In this document: positions 26,956-37,565 of the stretch, piece after piece
Position numbering within the stretch: the stretch's first letter is position 1
Layout: the number at the start of each line of letters is the position of its first letter
Assembly (NCBI GenBank): GCA_015062495.1
Contig: SUUN01000001.1
Coordinates: 97,069 to 161,068 of the forward strand
DNA from: Alphaproteobacteria bacterium
GTDB lineage: Bacteria > Pseudomonadota > Alphaproteobacteria > Rs-D84
Direction: 5' to 3'
DNA: 64,000 bases
The notes under the pieces: model-generated
Told to the model about the DNA's origin: nothing
The model's database searches: none
Seen by the model: the letters and a program-made list of their open reading frames with translations, nothing else
Program-made: the position numbers and the translations under genes

Positions 26956-27831
26956 TTATAGTTGTGTTTCTTTTATAAATCCTATTTCAGTTAAGCCATT
27001 AACTAAAACCTCGGCAAAGAATGCGGTCATCTGACAATAGAACCAGAAATCGTGTGCATGAATCTGTAAAAAACCTATTTTAAGCCATGGTTTCATGTGG
27101 CCAGTGTAATGTCGTACCACAATTTCGTTTTGTGGACAGTGTGTAATGAGATTTGATTTTACATTGAATCGCACATCCAATGGTTGATAATTTTTATCAA
27201 AGGCTTTGTTTAACACGTCTTGGTCGTTAAAGTACCTGGTTGTGGCTGTCATGCGTTCTGCGGTAATTAATTTGGGCAACATATCATTTTTGCGCCATTC
27301 GTTGCAATCTATTAGCATTACACCAGAATTAAAATATAGGTGTTCTGGTGACAGTAATGCAGCCGTGTATTGATTGTTTTTTTTGATTGGATTTTCATAT
27401 ACATTTGGGTCAGGTACCGCGCCAATAACATAGCCGTTTAAATCTTGGGCGTATAGGTCTGAGATGTCTTGCATTATAATTGTGTCGCAATCTAAATATA
27501 TAACTTTGCCCATTTCTGGTTTTAGGTCTGGAATCAGTAATCGCGCAAAACATGCGGTCGTCAGATAATTGCGCAGTTGTATATAGCCAAACTGGGTATT
27601 GGAATCTACGGGAATAAATTCAATTGAAAAATTAGAGAATTTTTCATGTAGCATTTCCATTTTTTTGCGATTCATTGGTGTCATGTCGCAATCTAGAATA
27701 TAAAATTCTATAAATGCGTTCGTATTGAACAGCAGGCTGGCCATTGATACGGTTGCGATCGGTGCGTACTTGTTGTCGCATGCATAAAATACAGGAATAT
27801 GATTTAATTTTTTTGTTTTAGTAGTGTCCAT
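26956..27831 (-). CDS. Glycosyltransferase family 8 (LPS alpha-1,3/1,2-glycosyltransferase-like)
   Basis: DNKY...A.SL.FN, YLDCDTII (DxD), YFNSGVMLIDCNEWR, H..G..KPW motifs. Confidence 0.85.
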   Translation of the reverse strand: MDTTKTKKLNHIPVFYACDNKYAPIATVSMASLLFNTNAFIEFYILDCDMTPMNRKKMEMLHEKFSNFSIEFIPVDSNTQFGYIQLRNYLTTACFARLLIPDLKPEMGKVIYLDCDTIIMQDISDLYAQDLNGYVIGAVPDPNVYENPIKKNNQYTAALLSPEHLYFNSGVMLIDCNEWRKNDMLPKLITAERMTATTRYFNDQDVLNKAFDKNYQPLDVRFNVKSNLITHCPQNEIVVRHYTGHMKPWLKIGFLQIHAHDFWFYCQMTAFFAEVLVNGLTEIGFIKETQL

Positions 27832-29318
27832 TCTGAAATGTCCTTTTTAGTTGGTTCCCATGGATGACCGTGTGTTGTCGCGCGCGAAAAACAGTATCGA
27901 CAAAACGGAATTGGGCGTGCGCAATAATTAAATACATCATGGGGGTGTAAATGTTTGTTATATATGTCCAGGCTGTCGGCGGCACATGGTCGTAGATTTG
28001 TGCCGAACTGGCGATTAAAATAGTGAATATATGCTACGATTGGACAGTGGTATAGACGGCCGCGATATAAATTTATACACCGTGTGTGTTGGCAGTTAAT
28101 AAAACTTTCGGCGCCATTTTGACGTCCTAAAATATCCAATGGTTTGTGGTATAATGTCTTTTGACAGTAACCAGTGCCGCCAAAGAAATCGAGTGCAACA
28201 TTGTATTTTTGTGCCAATTCGTTAACGGTTTCCCAATCTACGTGGATGGGATATTTGGTTGGCGATATAAGAATGCTGTAACGATGAGCGGCTTGCCAAA
28301 AGTCTGGTTTTTGTTGCGGTAACAGTATTCCGTTTGTAATAAAACGTATCAGGGATTTTGGAAACGCCAGACGTGCATATTTTATAAACGGAATTACGTC
28401 CGGGTGTAATAATGGTTCGCCGCCATACAGTTCCAATATTTTGACATTGCCACGTGTGATTTTCCGCAGGCGGAAAATATCACGTTTGAAATCGGCCAGT
28501 TTTAATTCAAAGTCCCCTGCCCGCGCTAGGCATGAAAAATGTGAACATGATTTACAGTTTAAATTACAGTGGTCGACCAGGTGAATGCTGACCTGGGGAA
28601 TGTGATCCAGGGGGACAACCTTACTCATTTGGCCCATGGCACTGTCCAGGCTAAGGCGTTGTATCATGTCGTCGATTGTGTTAATCCAACGGCGTGTTTT
28701 ACGTGATTGGGCGGCGTATTCGCGCAGAAAGTTATAAGAGTCTATTGTGTCGGCAATAAAATCATTTGGTGTGCGATATCCGCCGTGTACACGAATTATA
28801 TGGTTGCAAAAGCATGCGCGCGATGTAAAAACGCGTGGTTTATACATTATGCATTGACGCACGAACGCATCCCATCGTGTGATTTGTGTTAATTTATTTT
28901 TTATTAAAAAATCGCGTTTAAAAAACGTTGTTTCTGGGTATGAATTGGCACCATTGAAAAATACAGAATTCACCAATGGCATACCGTCAGCCTTGTATGC
29001 AAAGAATGGATATGCAAAGTTTGTTGGCGATGATGCGCGAATGTCGGAATTTGATTCCCAATGAGTTTCGGCGCAAAAGAAAATCATGTCGGTATTTTCA
29101 TCTTCGGCAATTTTGAGTAATTTTTCAATTGCATCGTTTGTATACAAATTGTCATCATTTGTGATTAATATGTATTTACCACGTGCGCGTGATAAATCCA
29201 AATGATCATGAATAATTTCAATGTTTTTATATGTTTGACGTTCCAGCCAGGCGGTTGCCTGGCTGCGGAATAATTCGTTGTCGCTGAATTGAACAAAAAT
29301 AGAGACCAATGGTGACAT
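27804..29318 (-). CDS. Fusion protein: N-terminal GT2-like glycosyltransferase domain plus C-terminal radical SAM / SPASM domain
   Basis: N-term SIFVQ...EIIHDH..... (GT-A-like fold); CNLNCKSC (Cx3Cx2C) and GGEPLL; C-terminal Cys cluster CQHTRC..C....C...FCRYC (SPASM/twitch-like). Confidence 0.7.
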   Translation of the reverse strand: MSPLVSIFVQFSDNELFRSQATAWLERQTYKNIEIIHDHLDLSRARGKYILITNDDNLYTNDAIEKLLKIAEDENTDMIFFCAETHWESNSDIRASSPTNFAYPFFAYKADGMPLVNSVFFNGANSYPETTFFKRDFLIKNKLTQITRWDAFVRQCIMYKPRVFTSRACFCNHIIRVHGGYRTPNDFIADTIDSYNFLREYAAQSRKTRRWINTIDDMIQRLSLDSAMGQMSKVVPLDHIPQVSIHLVDHCNLNCKSCSHFSCLARAGDFELKLADFKRDIFRLRKITRGNVKILELYGGEPLLHPDVIPFIKYARLAFPKSLIRFITNGILLPQQKPDFWQAAHRYSILISPTKYPIHVDWETVNELAQKYNVALDFFGGTGYCQKTLYHKPLDILGRQNGAESFINCQHTRCINLYRGRLYHCPIVAYIHYFNRQFGTNLRPCAADSLDIYNKHLHPHDVFNYCARPIPFCRYCFSRATTHGHPWEPTKKDISEWTLLKQKN

Positions 29319-29338
29319 TCTGGTTCCGTACTGTGTTA

Positions 29339-30235
29339 TTATGATACAAAACTCATAGAGCCATCTTCGAAGCAGATGCCTGTGCCTCCGCTGCCGGTGC
29401 TTGCGCTGGTGTCATAGATAAAACGTCCTGTGCTATCGTATAAACTCTCGCTGTCACTGTCAGCTTCGGATAAATGGAAATAGCACATGTCGAATCCTGA
29501 TGAATAAGTCAGGAAGCCTGATCGGTTATCGTCGCCGTCGTGTGGTGGACAGGCGATGCAACTGATGCCAGATAGCGATGTGTAGTCATTGCCGACCGTG
29601 GCGCCCTTTAATTGATAACCTGATTGGGCGCATCCGATGATACGGAAAGCATTGGTGTATGTATACCCATACAGTGAAGCCACCAATTCTTGAGTCCCTT
29701 GGCATCCTTCGCAGGCCAATGCGGGTTCGACGCACCACTGTTTGTCTGTTTCGCATTTTTGGTATTTTACACCGTTTTGTGTGTATACGGTTGAATCGCA
29801 TGTATCTGCTGGGGGGGCGCCAAAAACACTTTGTGTTATGCTGGAGCGATTATTTTCAAACCAGGTTGTCCCACAAAACCATGGTACGTTATCACTGGGG
29901 CCGGCTAGTCTGGTGGATGTAAAGTTGTTTGGATTCATATACCAGTCGCCGTTTTCATAAAATGGGCCGGTTGCGTAGAATCCATCGCCACTTGTTCGAA
30001 ATTCACAATTGTTTGTTGTGAATATTGGAATGCTGGTATAGCTGCTGACGGTTATGCGACAGTCGGCGTTTGCGTTGTCGCCATGCCCAAAATTACATCC
30101 ACTCAATTTGGTTGTCGTGTCACTGCATGTTGCAGCGGGTATAGCGTTAGCGTTATTTGTTGTGAAAAATATACTGAATGTGCCGATAAATCCGCCACAT
30201 ATACGCCACCAAATATTAAGTAATCCTTTTTGCAT
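29339..30235 (-). CDS. Cys-rich secreted protein, 298 aa, C-terminal module related to paralogs A/B
   Basis: Signal peptide ...FFTTNNANA; 20+ Cys; C-terminal CIACPP...CY....GTGICFEDGS resembles the C-termini of 11143/21552; 20 bp upstream of the rSAM fusion gene. Confidence 0.55.
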   Translation of the reverse strand: MQKGLLNIWWRICGGFIGTFSIFFTTNNANAIPAATCSDTTTKLSGCNFGHGDNANADCRITVSSYTSIPIFTTNNCEFRTSGDGFYATGPFYENGDWYMNPNNFTSTRLAGPSDNVPWFCGTTWFENNRSSITQSVFGAPPADTCDSTVYTQNGVKYQKCETDKQWCVEPALACEGCQGTQELVASLYGYTYTNAFRIIGCAQSGYQLKGATVGNDYTSLSGISCIACPPHDGDDNRSGFLTYSSGFDMCYFHLSEADSDSESLYDSTGRFIYDTSASTGSGGTGICFEDGSMSFVS

Positions 30236-30527
30236 GTTGTTTTGTCCCCTCCTCTGGGTGTTCTTCTTATTTCGTGTGTCTGTTCTAGGAAAACGGTGGT
30301 TTAGATTCGGCGGATTTTGTTGTTGACTTTTTATTGGAAAATATGGACAATATGTGGGTTAAGTATGTCGAAAACAAACCACCGTTTAGATTAGGCAATG
30401 TGTTTGTTTGTTGTTTTGTACAAAAATCAATGTGTTAGTTGCGTTTCTTTAAGGTTTTAAATTGTCTGGACTTTGTGTGTTTTTCGCGGTACTATTTGCC
30501 GGAATTTACACAAATATAGGATACAAT

Positions 30528-32927
30528 ATGGCAGAAGATATCAAGAAAATTCATGAACGCGAAGCAAAATGGCAACAGAAATGGCGCGATGCGCGCGCAT
30601 TTGTGCCACGTGATGATGGCAGTAAACCACGTTTCTATACATTGGTGGAATTTCCGTTCTTGTCCGGGGCGGGTATGCATGCCGGGCATATGATGAATTA
30701 TTCGGGTATTGATGTCTTGGCGCGTTTTCGCCGTGCGCGGGGATATGATGTACTGTTCCCAATGGGGTTTGACGCCATGGGTATCGCCGGGGAACACTAT
30801 GCAACCAAAATTGGCAAACATCCGGCGGATGTCGCGGTGGAATTAATCAAGGCGTATTCTGATATGATTGACCGTGTTGGGTGGTCTGTTGATCCGGAAA
30901 CACGCGTTTCTACGTCTGATCCAGATTATGTAAAGTGGACGCAGTGGATGTTTATTCAGTTCTGGAAGGCTGGGTTGGCGTATAAATCCGCCCTGCCGAT
31001 GAATTGGTGTCCATCATGTCGCACAACGTTCACAAATGAAGAATTAGAAGACAACAAGTGTCCGCGTTGCCATGGTGTTATCGAGAAAAAAGAAAAATTA
31101 CAGTGGAATTTGGCACTGTCAAAGTATGCGGACAAATTGCTGGATGGGCTGAACGATGTTGATTTCGAAGAACGTATTAAAAAAGATGAAATCAATCTGA
31201 TTGGCAAATCGCGCGGGGCGGATGTTGATTTTCGCGTGGGCGATGATGTTATGACTGTTTATACGACACGTGTGGATACAATCTTTGGTGTGACGTTCTG
31301 TGTTATTGCGCCGGAACATAAATTGTTGGCAAAATGGCTGGACGAAGGGAAAATTACAAATGCCGACGAAGTGCGCGCATATATCAAGGAATCAGCCGCA
31401 AAAACTGAAATTGAACGTACGGATGCAACCCGTGAAAAAACAGGTGTCGAATTAAAGGGTATTCGTGCCGTTAATCCATTTACGGGACGCGAAATTCCGG
31501 TGTTTACATCGGACTATGTGTTGGTGGACTATGCATATGGGACAATTATGGCAGTGCCGGCACATGATGGTCGCGACTGGGACTTTGCGAAAAAGTTCGG
31601 ACTGGAAATTATTCCGGTGTTGGCCGGTGGCGAGCCTGATAAAGTCTGGGAAGGTGACGGGGCGCATATTAATTCAGCTTTCTTGGATGGTATGGGCAAG
31701 GATGACGCCATTGCCGCTGCGATTAAGTATGGCACAGAACATGGGTTCGCACGTGGGACAACCAAGTATAAACTGAAAGATTGGGGATTTTCACGTCAGA
31801 TGTATTGGGGTGAACCAATACCGATGATTCATTGTGATAAATGTGGTTGGGTGCCAGTGCCAGATGACCAATTGCCAGTTATGCAACCGTACATGTCGGA
31901 TTATCGTCCCACAGACGAAGGTGAAGGCCCGTTGGCACGTGCGACGGATTGGGTAAATGTGCCCTGCCCGTGCTGTGGCGAAATGGCAAAACGCGAAACA
32001 GATACTATGCCGGGTTGGGCGGGGTCGTCGTGGTATTTCCTGCGATATCTGGACCCAAAGAACGATAAAGAGTTTTGTTCGCGCAAACAGATGGAAAACT
32101 GGATGCCGGTGACACATTATAATGGCGGTCATGAACATAATACGCGTCATTTGATTTATTCGCGTTTCTGGCATCGGGCGTTGTATGATTTGGGACTGGT
32201 TAACACACCAGAACCATATGCCAAACGTACCGCCCAGGGATTGCTGATGGGGAATGACGGTTACAAGATGTCAAAGTCCCGCGGTAATGGATTTATGGTG
32301 GCAGATTTGGTTGATAATGTCGGTGCAGATGCGGGACGTGTGGCGGTTTTGTCACTTGGACCGTGGGAAAATAATGCGGTTTGGACCGACGGTGCGTTGG
32401 CGGGGGTGCAGCGTTTCTTGAAACGTGTCGAAAATTTGGCGGATAATTTGACAGATGCACCAATGACCGCTGATCAAGAACGTTTGATGAATAAATTAAT
32501 CGCAGATGCAACGGAGCGCCTGGAAAATATGAAGTTTAATACGACTATTTCCGCGATGATGGAATATATCAATGCGTTCCCAGGGGGGACAATGCCCCGC
32601 CCTGCGTATGAAGCGTTGTTGCAGGTGCTGAATCCATTTGCACCACATTTAACCGAAGAAATGTGGGAAAAAATTGGGCATGATGAAATGTTGGTGTTCA
32701 CGCCATGGCCGACGTTTGATGCAGCAAAGTTGGTTGAAACATCAATGACGATTGTTGTGTCGGTTAATGGTAAACGTGCGGCGGACTTTGTAGTGCCGGC
32801 GGATGCGGATGAAGCAACCATTGTCGAAGCGGCACGCGCGGCGGCGGCAAGTAAACTGGCCGACGTGGAAATTATCAAGACCATTGTCGTGCCGAAAAAG
32901 TTAGTGAACTTTGTGGTAAAGAAGTAA
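30528..32927 (+). CDS. leuS: Leucyl-tRNA synthetase
   Basis: HMGH-region (HAGHMMNY), KMSKS, CP1 editing domain, C-terminal anticodon domain; start at MAEDIKK (the track N-extension is unlikely). Confidence 0.95.
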   Translation: MAEDIKKIHEREAKWQQKWRDARAFVPRDDGSKPRFYTLVEFPFLSGAGMHAGHMMNYSGIDVLARFRRARGYDVLFPMGFDAMGIAGEHYATKIGKHPADVAVELIKAYSDMIDRVGWSVDPETRVSTSDPDYVKWTQWMFIQFWKAGLAYKSALPMNWCPSCRTTFTNEELEDNKCPRCHGVIEKKEKLQWNLALSKYADKLLDGLNDVDFEERIKKDEINLIGKSRGADVDFRVGDDVMTVYTTRVDTIFGVTFCVIAPEHKLLAKWLDEGKITNADEVRAYIKESAAKTEIERTDATREKTGVELKGIRAVNPFTGREIPVFTSDYVLVDYAYGTIMAVPAHDGRDWDFAKKFGLEIIPVLAGGEPDKVWEGDGAHINSAFLDGMGKDDAIAAAIKYGTEHGFARGTTKYKLKDWGFSRQMYWGEPIPMIHCDKCGWVPVPDDQLPVMQPYMSDYRPTDEGEGPLARATDWVNVPCPCCGEMAKRETDTMPGWAGSSWYFLRYLDPKNDKEFCSRKQMENWMPVTHYNGGHEHNTRHLIYSRFWHRALYDLGLVNTPEPYAKRTAQGLLMGNDGYKMSKSRGNGFMVADLVDNVGADAGRVAVLSLGPWENNAVWTDGALAGVQRFLKRVENLADNLTDAPMTADQERLMNKLIADATERLENMKFNTTISAMMEYINAFPGGTMPRPAYEALLQVLNPFAPHLTEEMWEKIGHDEMLVFTPWPTFDAAKLVETSMTIVVSVNGKRAADFVVPADADEATIVEAARAAAASKLADVEIIKTIVVPKKLVNFVVKK

Positions 32928-32929
32928 AG

Positions 32930-32958
32930 AAAAACCGCCGAAATGGCGGTTTTTTTAT
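32930..32958. terminator. Bidirectional terminator
   Basis: AAAAACCGCCG-aaat-GGCGGTTTTTTTATTT. Confidence 0.75.
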
Positions 32959-32972
32959 TTGTTGTTTTTGTT

Positions 32973-33290
32973 TTATCGCAGGCCCTTGGCGCGACAGCAT
33001 GCGGATGCCGCAGCCTTCCAGTCTGAGAATTGTTTTGATGGGTTGCGCAAATCACGCCATGGTTGCCAACCATTGCAACGCTTTTTCGTGCCAGTGCCAC
33101 TGCATTTAGCATAGCGGCGCAAGGAACAGGTTTGATTGGAAACACGTCCGGTGTCGGTTGTGCATTTTACAACCACGTTTTGGTTTTTTGCGTCGTTTTG
33201 CCCCAGTTCCTTGGACGATATAACCTGGTACGCGTTGGCGGCGCATGCAGTTGTTAAAACGACAATTAATGACAGCAATATTTTTTTCAT
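32973..33290 (-). CDS. Small secreted Cys-rich protein, hypothetical
   Basis: 105 aa, signal peptide MKKILLSLIVVLTTACAANA, 8 Cys. Confidence 0.45.
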   Translation of the reverse strand: MKKILLSLIVVLTTACAANAYQVISSKELGQNDAKNQNVVVKCTTDTGRVSNQTCSLRRYAKCSGTGTKKRCNGWQPWRDLRNPSKQFSDWKAAASACCRAKGLR

Positions 33291-33351
33291 CAGTCATCCC
33301 CCATATGCATATATTATACGAATTTAGCATATAAAATACAACAGGAATAAA

Positions 33352-34419
33352 TTATTGGATAATTGGATCTGTGGTTGGATAATGACAACTGTTTTCACGT
33401 GTCAATTTTACACGGTTCATCCAGCCGGTTAAAAATACATCTTGGCCCGGTTTTGATGCGCATTTTATGAAGTATTGTTGCATGGCATCCATATAATCGT
33501 TATGCAGGTCGCCGTTATAGTTTTCCGTCGCCATAACAATTTCACTGTCTATGGTGTTGCGTTCGGGTATGCCCAGGACGCGACACAGATTGCGTATGGC
33601 TGTAACCGGGCCAGATGCCCATCCGAATGTGAATACATCACTGCGAATGTAGTCGGGTAATTTATCAATGCCGTATTGGGCATAGTATTTTCGGTGGGCG
33701 ATGTTTTCAGCGTCAGCGCGGGTGATGTTGCGGACGTCAATTTCGGGATTGTTGTTTTGTGAGATGCCATAACATGTATAGCCGCCGGAATCGTTTGGGT
33801 GGTTGCCACAGCCACCTTCGGCGCGGAATGTTGTTATCATTGTTTTTTCAAATGCCGGATCGGATTGGCGGTATTGCCCACTGGTCAGGATTTTGTTTGA
33901 AAAAACGTTGCTGCGCTGTGGCGGGGTGCATGGACCGTCGTGGATGTGTGGACTGGCAATAACTGGTTGGCCGTTTGTGGCTGTGCCAACGTTTGTGACC
34001 GGTGGTTTTGGTGCGGGGGATGCGGTTTCGGATGTCCCAGGTGTTTCAGATGGTTTCGATGGTTGGGGACGATCGCCGATTGCGATGGTGGCATCAACTG
34101 CGCCCGGTGTTTGGGGACAACGTGTTGCGTCCAATGGGTATTTTGCACAATATTGTGTGTTGGTCATGGACGCGATATCGTTTTGACGTATGGATTCTGC
34201 ATGGCGCAACATATATTTTTCTTCGGATTCGATGACGACAGGTTGATATGCGCTGCGCCCGGCAAATGGTTGATAGCCGGCGGCGGCACTGTTGCGACGT
34301 TCGATAAATGATGCGTCCATGGATGTTGTTGGAAATGATACGGGACGTAAAAAAGATTGGGCCGCGTGGGCGTTGGACATCATGAATAAAACGATAAAGA
34401 ATATTTGCGCCCTATTCAT
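33352..34419 (-). CDS. Secreted protein with C-terminal GH108-like (N-acetylmuramidase / secretion-activator family) domain
   Basis: Motif RAEGGCGNHPNDSGGYTCYGISQ matches the GH108 EGG..N.P.D.GG.T..GI signature; signal peptide MNRAQIFFIVLFMMSNAHA; start at ATG 34419 (the track 34440 start is also possible). Confidence 0.6.
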   Translation of the reverse strand: MNRAQIFFIVLFMMSNAHAAQSFLRPVSFPTTSMDASFIERRNSAAAGYQPFAGRSAYQPVVIESEEKYMLRHAESIRQNDIASMTNTQYCAKYPLDATRCPQTPGAVDATIAIGDRPQPSKPSETPGTSETASPAPKPPVTNVGTATNGQPVIASPHIHDGPCTPPQRSNVFSNKILTSGQYRQSDPAFEKTMITTFRAEGGCGNHPNDSGGYTCYGISQNNNPEIDVRNITRADAENIAHRKYYAQYGIDKLPDYIRSDVFTFGWASGPVTAIRNLCRVLGIPERNTIDSEIVMATENYNGDLHNDYMDAMQQYFIKCASKPGQDVFLTGWMNRVKLTRENSCHYPTTDPIIQ

Positions 34420-36084
34420 TTGTTGTCCATGGTTTGTCATTCATTATCAAGTAGTACAATTCTGGATTGTCCGAGCCTGGATTTCGCAACACAGGACGCA
34501 CAACAAATATGTCAATGTTGCATGGGGCGGCGGTGTCGTCTTGGTATTCGGTTAAATCCTGGTGAAATTTGGCGGCAAAGTCCATTGCCTGTAAATACGC
34601 TGCGTCATCGTCGGCCGCACTGACCGAGTCGCCCGCCCACATCAGCCACATGCCATGATTGACAACGTTTTCTTGGCCCTGTAAATCATCTGCGGATAAT
34701 AATAACAGGGGTGCAAAGTCGACACCACTGGTGAAATCGCCGGTGCTGGTTTCGGTCCAGTCGTACATGTCGCCGGCGAATTTAATCGCGCCGTACAACA
34801 GGCCGCCGGTTGCCTGGATTTTGCCCAGTGTGCCAATGTTTTTCATTGTTGAATTGAACAACCAGTCACGAACACGGGTGGATATTTTGCCACTGCGTCC
34901 CATTTTGGCGGCGCGTTTAATTAATTTGTTGCCAGATACGGCAGCCTTGCTTGCGCGTACTGTGCGCGCAATTATGTTGCCGCGCTGGGCGGTGCGGATT
35001 GCGCGCAGGCCGCGCAGACTGTGCCGATATGCGTTCAGTTCGGAAAATGTTTTGGTTGCATCGCGATATTTTTTTACATCATCCGCCGATTCCAGTGTTT
35101 TGATTGTGTCGTTTAATTTATCCAGTTCGCGGGTTTTGTCGGCGATTTTTGCAGCGTCGACAACCGTATCCAGTGCCTTGATTTCATCAGTTAATTTTGC
35201 CGCGTCGCGTGTGGCGCGTACGTATTTTACAACGTCGTCTGATTTTTCTAATGTTTTGATTGTTGTGCCCAGGCCCTTTAATGCGCGGGATGCGCGGGCG
35301 GATTTCGTCGCACCTGATATTACCAGACCACCCCCCATTGTTGCAACTGTTATAACGACATCCAGTGCCATTTCGGCATATGAAATCCATTGCAGATTTA
35401 CATCGCCCGCGACATAGTAATCGTTGGTGTCGTCGTCGATATTAACGGTGTGTTCACGCATAACTGTGTTTATGGTGGTTGCGTCGCGGGATACGGCACT
35501 GCGGTCGGTGCATGTGCCGCCATTGCCCGATGGGTATAATTTATCAATATTGTTTTTTATATAGTTCAGTGAAATTGTGTTGTTTTTGTTTGTGCCAACA
35601 AATTCATCCAATGCACCATGTTCGGTTACCATAATAGCGTACCAGGCGGGATCTGTGTTTGTCCATATTGCATCATCATCGCGTGCGCCGATGCGTGGAC
35701 TGTCCCCGCCGGACGGCAGGTCGCGCTTGTTCCCCAGCATAATGCGTTGTTTTAATATCTTGGGCTGGGTTTCATAGTTAATGACAATTTCACGTCCCCC
35801 GGGGAATGTATATTGGATGGGGGTGAATTTGATTGTTTCGTCATCTGGTACATTTGCGATTTCAGGACATGCCAATACAGTATTTAGCACATCAGGTAAT
35901 GCAAATGTTTGATAAATCCAGGTTTGAATATCGGTTTCGTGTGCGGTTTCATCGACTGTGTTGGCGGTTCGGGCAAGTGCGTCTGCAAATGCGCGTGATG
36001 CACATTCGGTGGCCGGCGCGTCATCTGCCCACGCAGGGGACAGAAGTAATGTGGTCAATATTGTAAACAATAATGATTTAATCA
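34412..36084 (-). CDS. Secreted hypothetical protein with internal basic/acidic repeats
   Basis: Signal peptide MIKSLLFTILTTLLLSPAWA; start ATG overlaps the upstream gene's stop (ATGATTAA coupling); repeated K..D.VKKY.DAT / R...A.K motifs. Confidence 0.5.
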
Positions 36085-37565
36085 TCAAGGCGCATCCCGT
36101 CAATTAATAATCCTGTGGCACCGTTATCCGCCGGCATTAATGTAGACGGGTCATACAGCGGCGCACCAACATAAAGGTCAATGTCGTCTTCGTTCCAGTC
36201 GCAGTTTCCTTTGTCTTGGACGTCGGATGCAATTTTTGCCTTGGCGGTTGCCCATTTTTCGTTTGTTGTCATAAATACGTTGCCCGCAGATGGTAAACCG
36301 GTGTTTGAAATTTCGCGTAAAACATAGTTGTTCGATTCGTCAATGCACAGGTTTTTGCCGAATATGGGTTTGAACACCTTGGTGTTCAGGTCGTCTGTTG
36401 GTGAATTTAAAGAATCTTTTGAACAGGATGTATAACAACCTTCGCCTTCGTCGGTGTCAGTGCAATTCATTATTTGTGGATTAAATCCTGATTCAAGATA
36501 ACTGTACACGCTGGCGATGCCACCGGCCGCAGCAATGGGGGTTGATATTGCGAATTTTGCCAGTGCACCGGTTAATGCTTTGCTGGCCAATGCTTGTTCG
36601 GCTGTTAAGGCGGCGGTGGCATTGGCCAGTTCTGTGTTTGCAGCGGCAACTTCGGCCTGAACAGCTTTTTGAGCGGTGCGCTTTGCAGCGGCCTTGGCTG
36701 CTTTGTCGTCAATCAAGTTTAAGGCCCTGGTGCCAGCGGGGCCCTTAATCGTGCCGTTGGCAATGCCAGCTTGAATTTCTTTTTTTATCATGGCGTCTGT
36801 TACGCGCTTTTTGCCGGCACTTTTTAAACTGGCCTTGGTTGAAATGACGACTGCATCGTTCGCAGCGGCCGTGGCGGCGGATTTTGCGGCGACAACCGCT
36901 TGGTCGCGGGCGACGGCTTTGGCGGTTGTTTTGCCGGCTTCTTTGACGGCTGCTTCGGCGGCGGCTTTGGTTGCAGCCTTGGCGGCTATGTCAACACCCA
37001 GTCGCTTAGATGTTGCGTCAATAACGGCTGTTTTTATTCCTTTTTTTACACCAATTTTGGTCAGGTTTTTTGCGCCCTGGACAACGGCAGTTTTTCCCGC
37101 CTGGACGGCGACGCCACCCGATCCCCATGAAAATACCGCCGCAACCGCGGTTGCAACCCACAATAATGCGTCTATGCCCGCCTGCCATGATCGGTTGTTT
37201 TCGCAAACAAATAATTGGCGACTGTCACCAGTGGTGGTTAATGCCGCTGCGACTTCGTCTACTAAATAATCCCAGTTGACTTCAATAAATAAATCGGGTT
37301 CGCTGACGGAAATGTCTTCGTCGGGACTGGTTCTGGCCAATAAATAATCACGGCAAACGTCAATATTTTCTGTAAAAAACTCAACCAGACCATCTGATGA
37401 GATAATAACAACGTCATTGTCAGAATCAACATGTTCTTGTAAATTAGTGGCAAGGTCGTTTGCCAATGCTTGCAGGCATTTATCTGTGTTTGCGTGTGCG
37501 CCAAATGCTGTTATAAATATAACAGAAATCGCGATGATGAATTTTTGTATAATTTGTCTTATCAT
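36078..37565 (-). CDS. Secreted Ala/Lys-rich hypothetical protein
   Basis: Signal peptide MIRQIIQKFIIAISVIFITAFGAHA; long AAKAA.KA low-complexity stretch; start overlaps the upstream stop (ATGA). Confidence 0.5.
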   Translation of the reverse strand: MIRQIIQKFIIAISVIFITAFGAHANTDKCLQALANDLATNLQEHVDSDNDVVIISSDGLVEFFTENIDVCRDYLLARTSPDEDISVSEPDLFIEVNWDYLVDEVAAALTTTGDSRQLFVCENNRSWQAGIDALLWVATAVAAVFSWGSGGVAVQAGKTAVVQGAKNLTKIGVKKGIKTAVIDATSKRLGVDIAAKAATKAAAEAAVKEAGKTTAKAVARDQAVVAAKSAATAAANDAVVISTKASLKSAGKKRVTDAMIKKEIQAGIANGTIKGPAGTRALNLIDDKAAKAAAKRTAQKAVQAEVAAANTELANATAALTAEQALASKALTGALAKFAISTPIAAAGGIASVYSYLESGFNPQIMNCTDTDEGEGCYTSCSKDSLNSPTDDLNTKVFKPIFGKNLCIDESNNYVLREISNTGLPSAGNVFMTTNEKWATAKAKIASDVQDKGNCDWNEDDIDLYVGAPLYDPSTLMPADNGATGLLIDGMRLDD

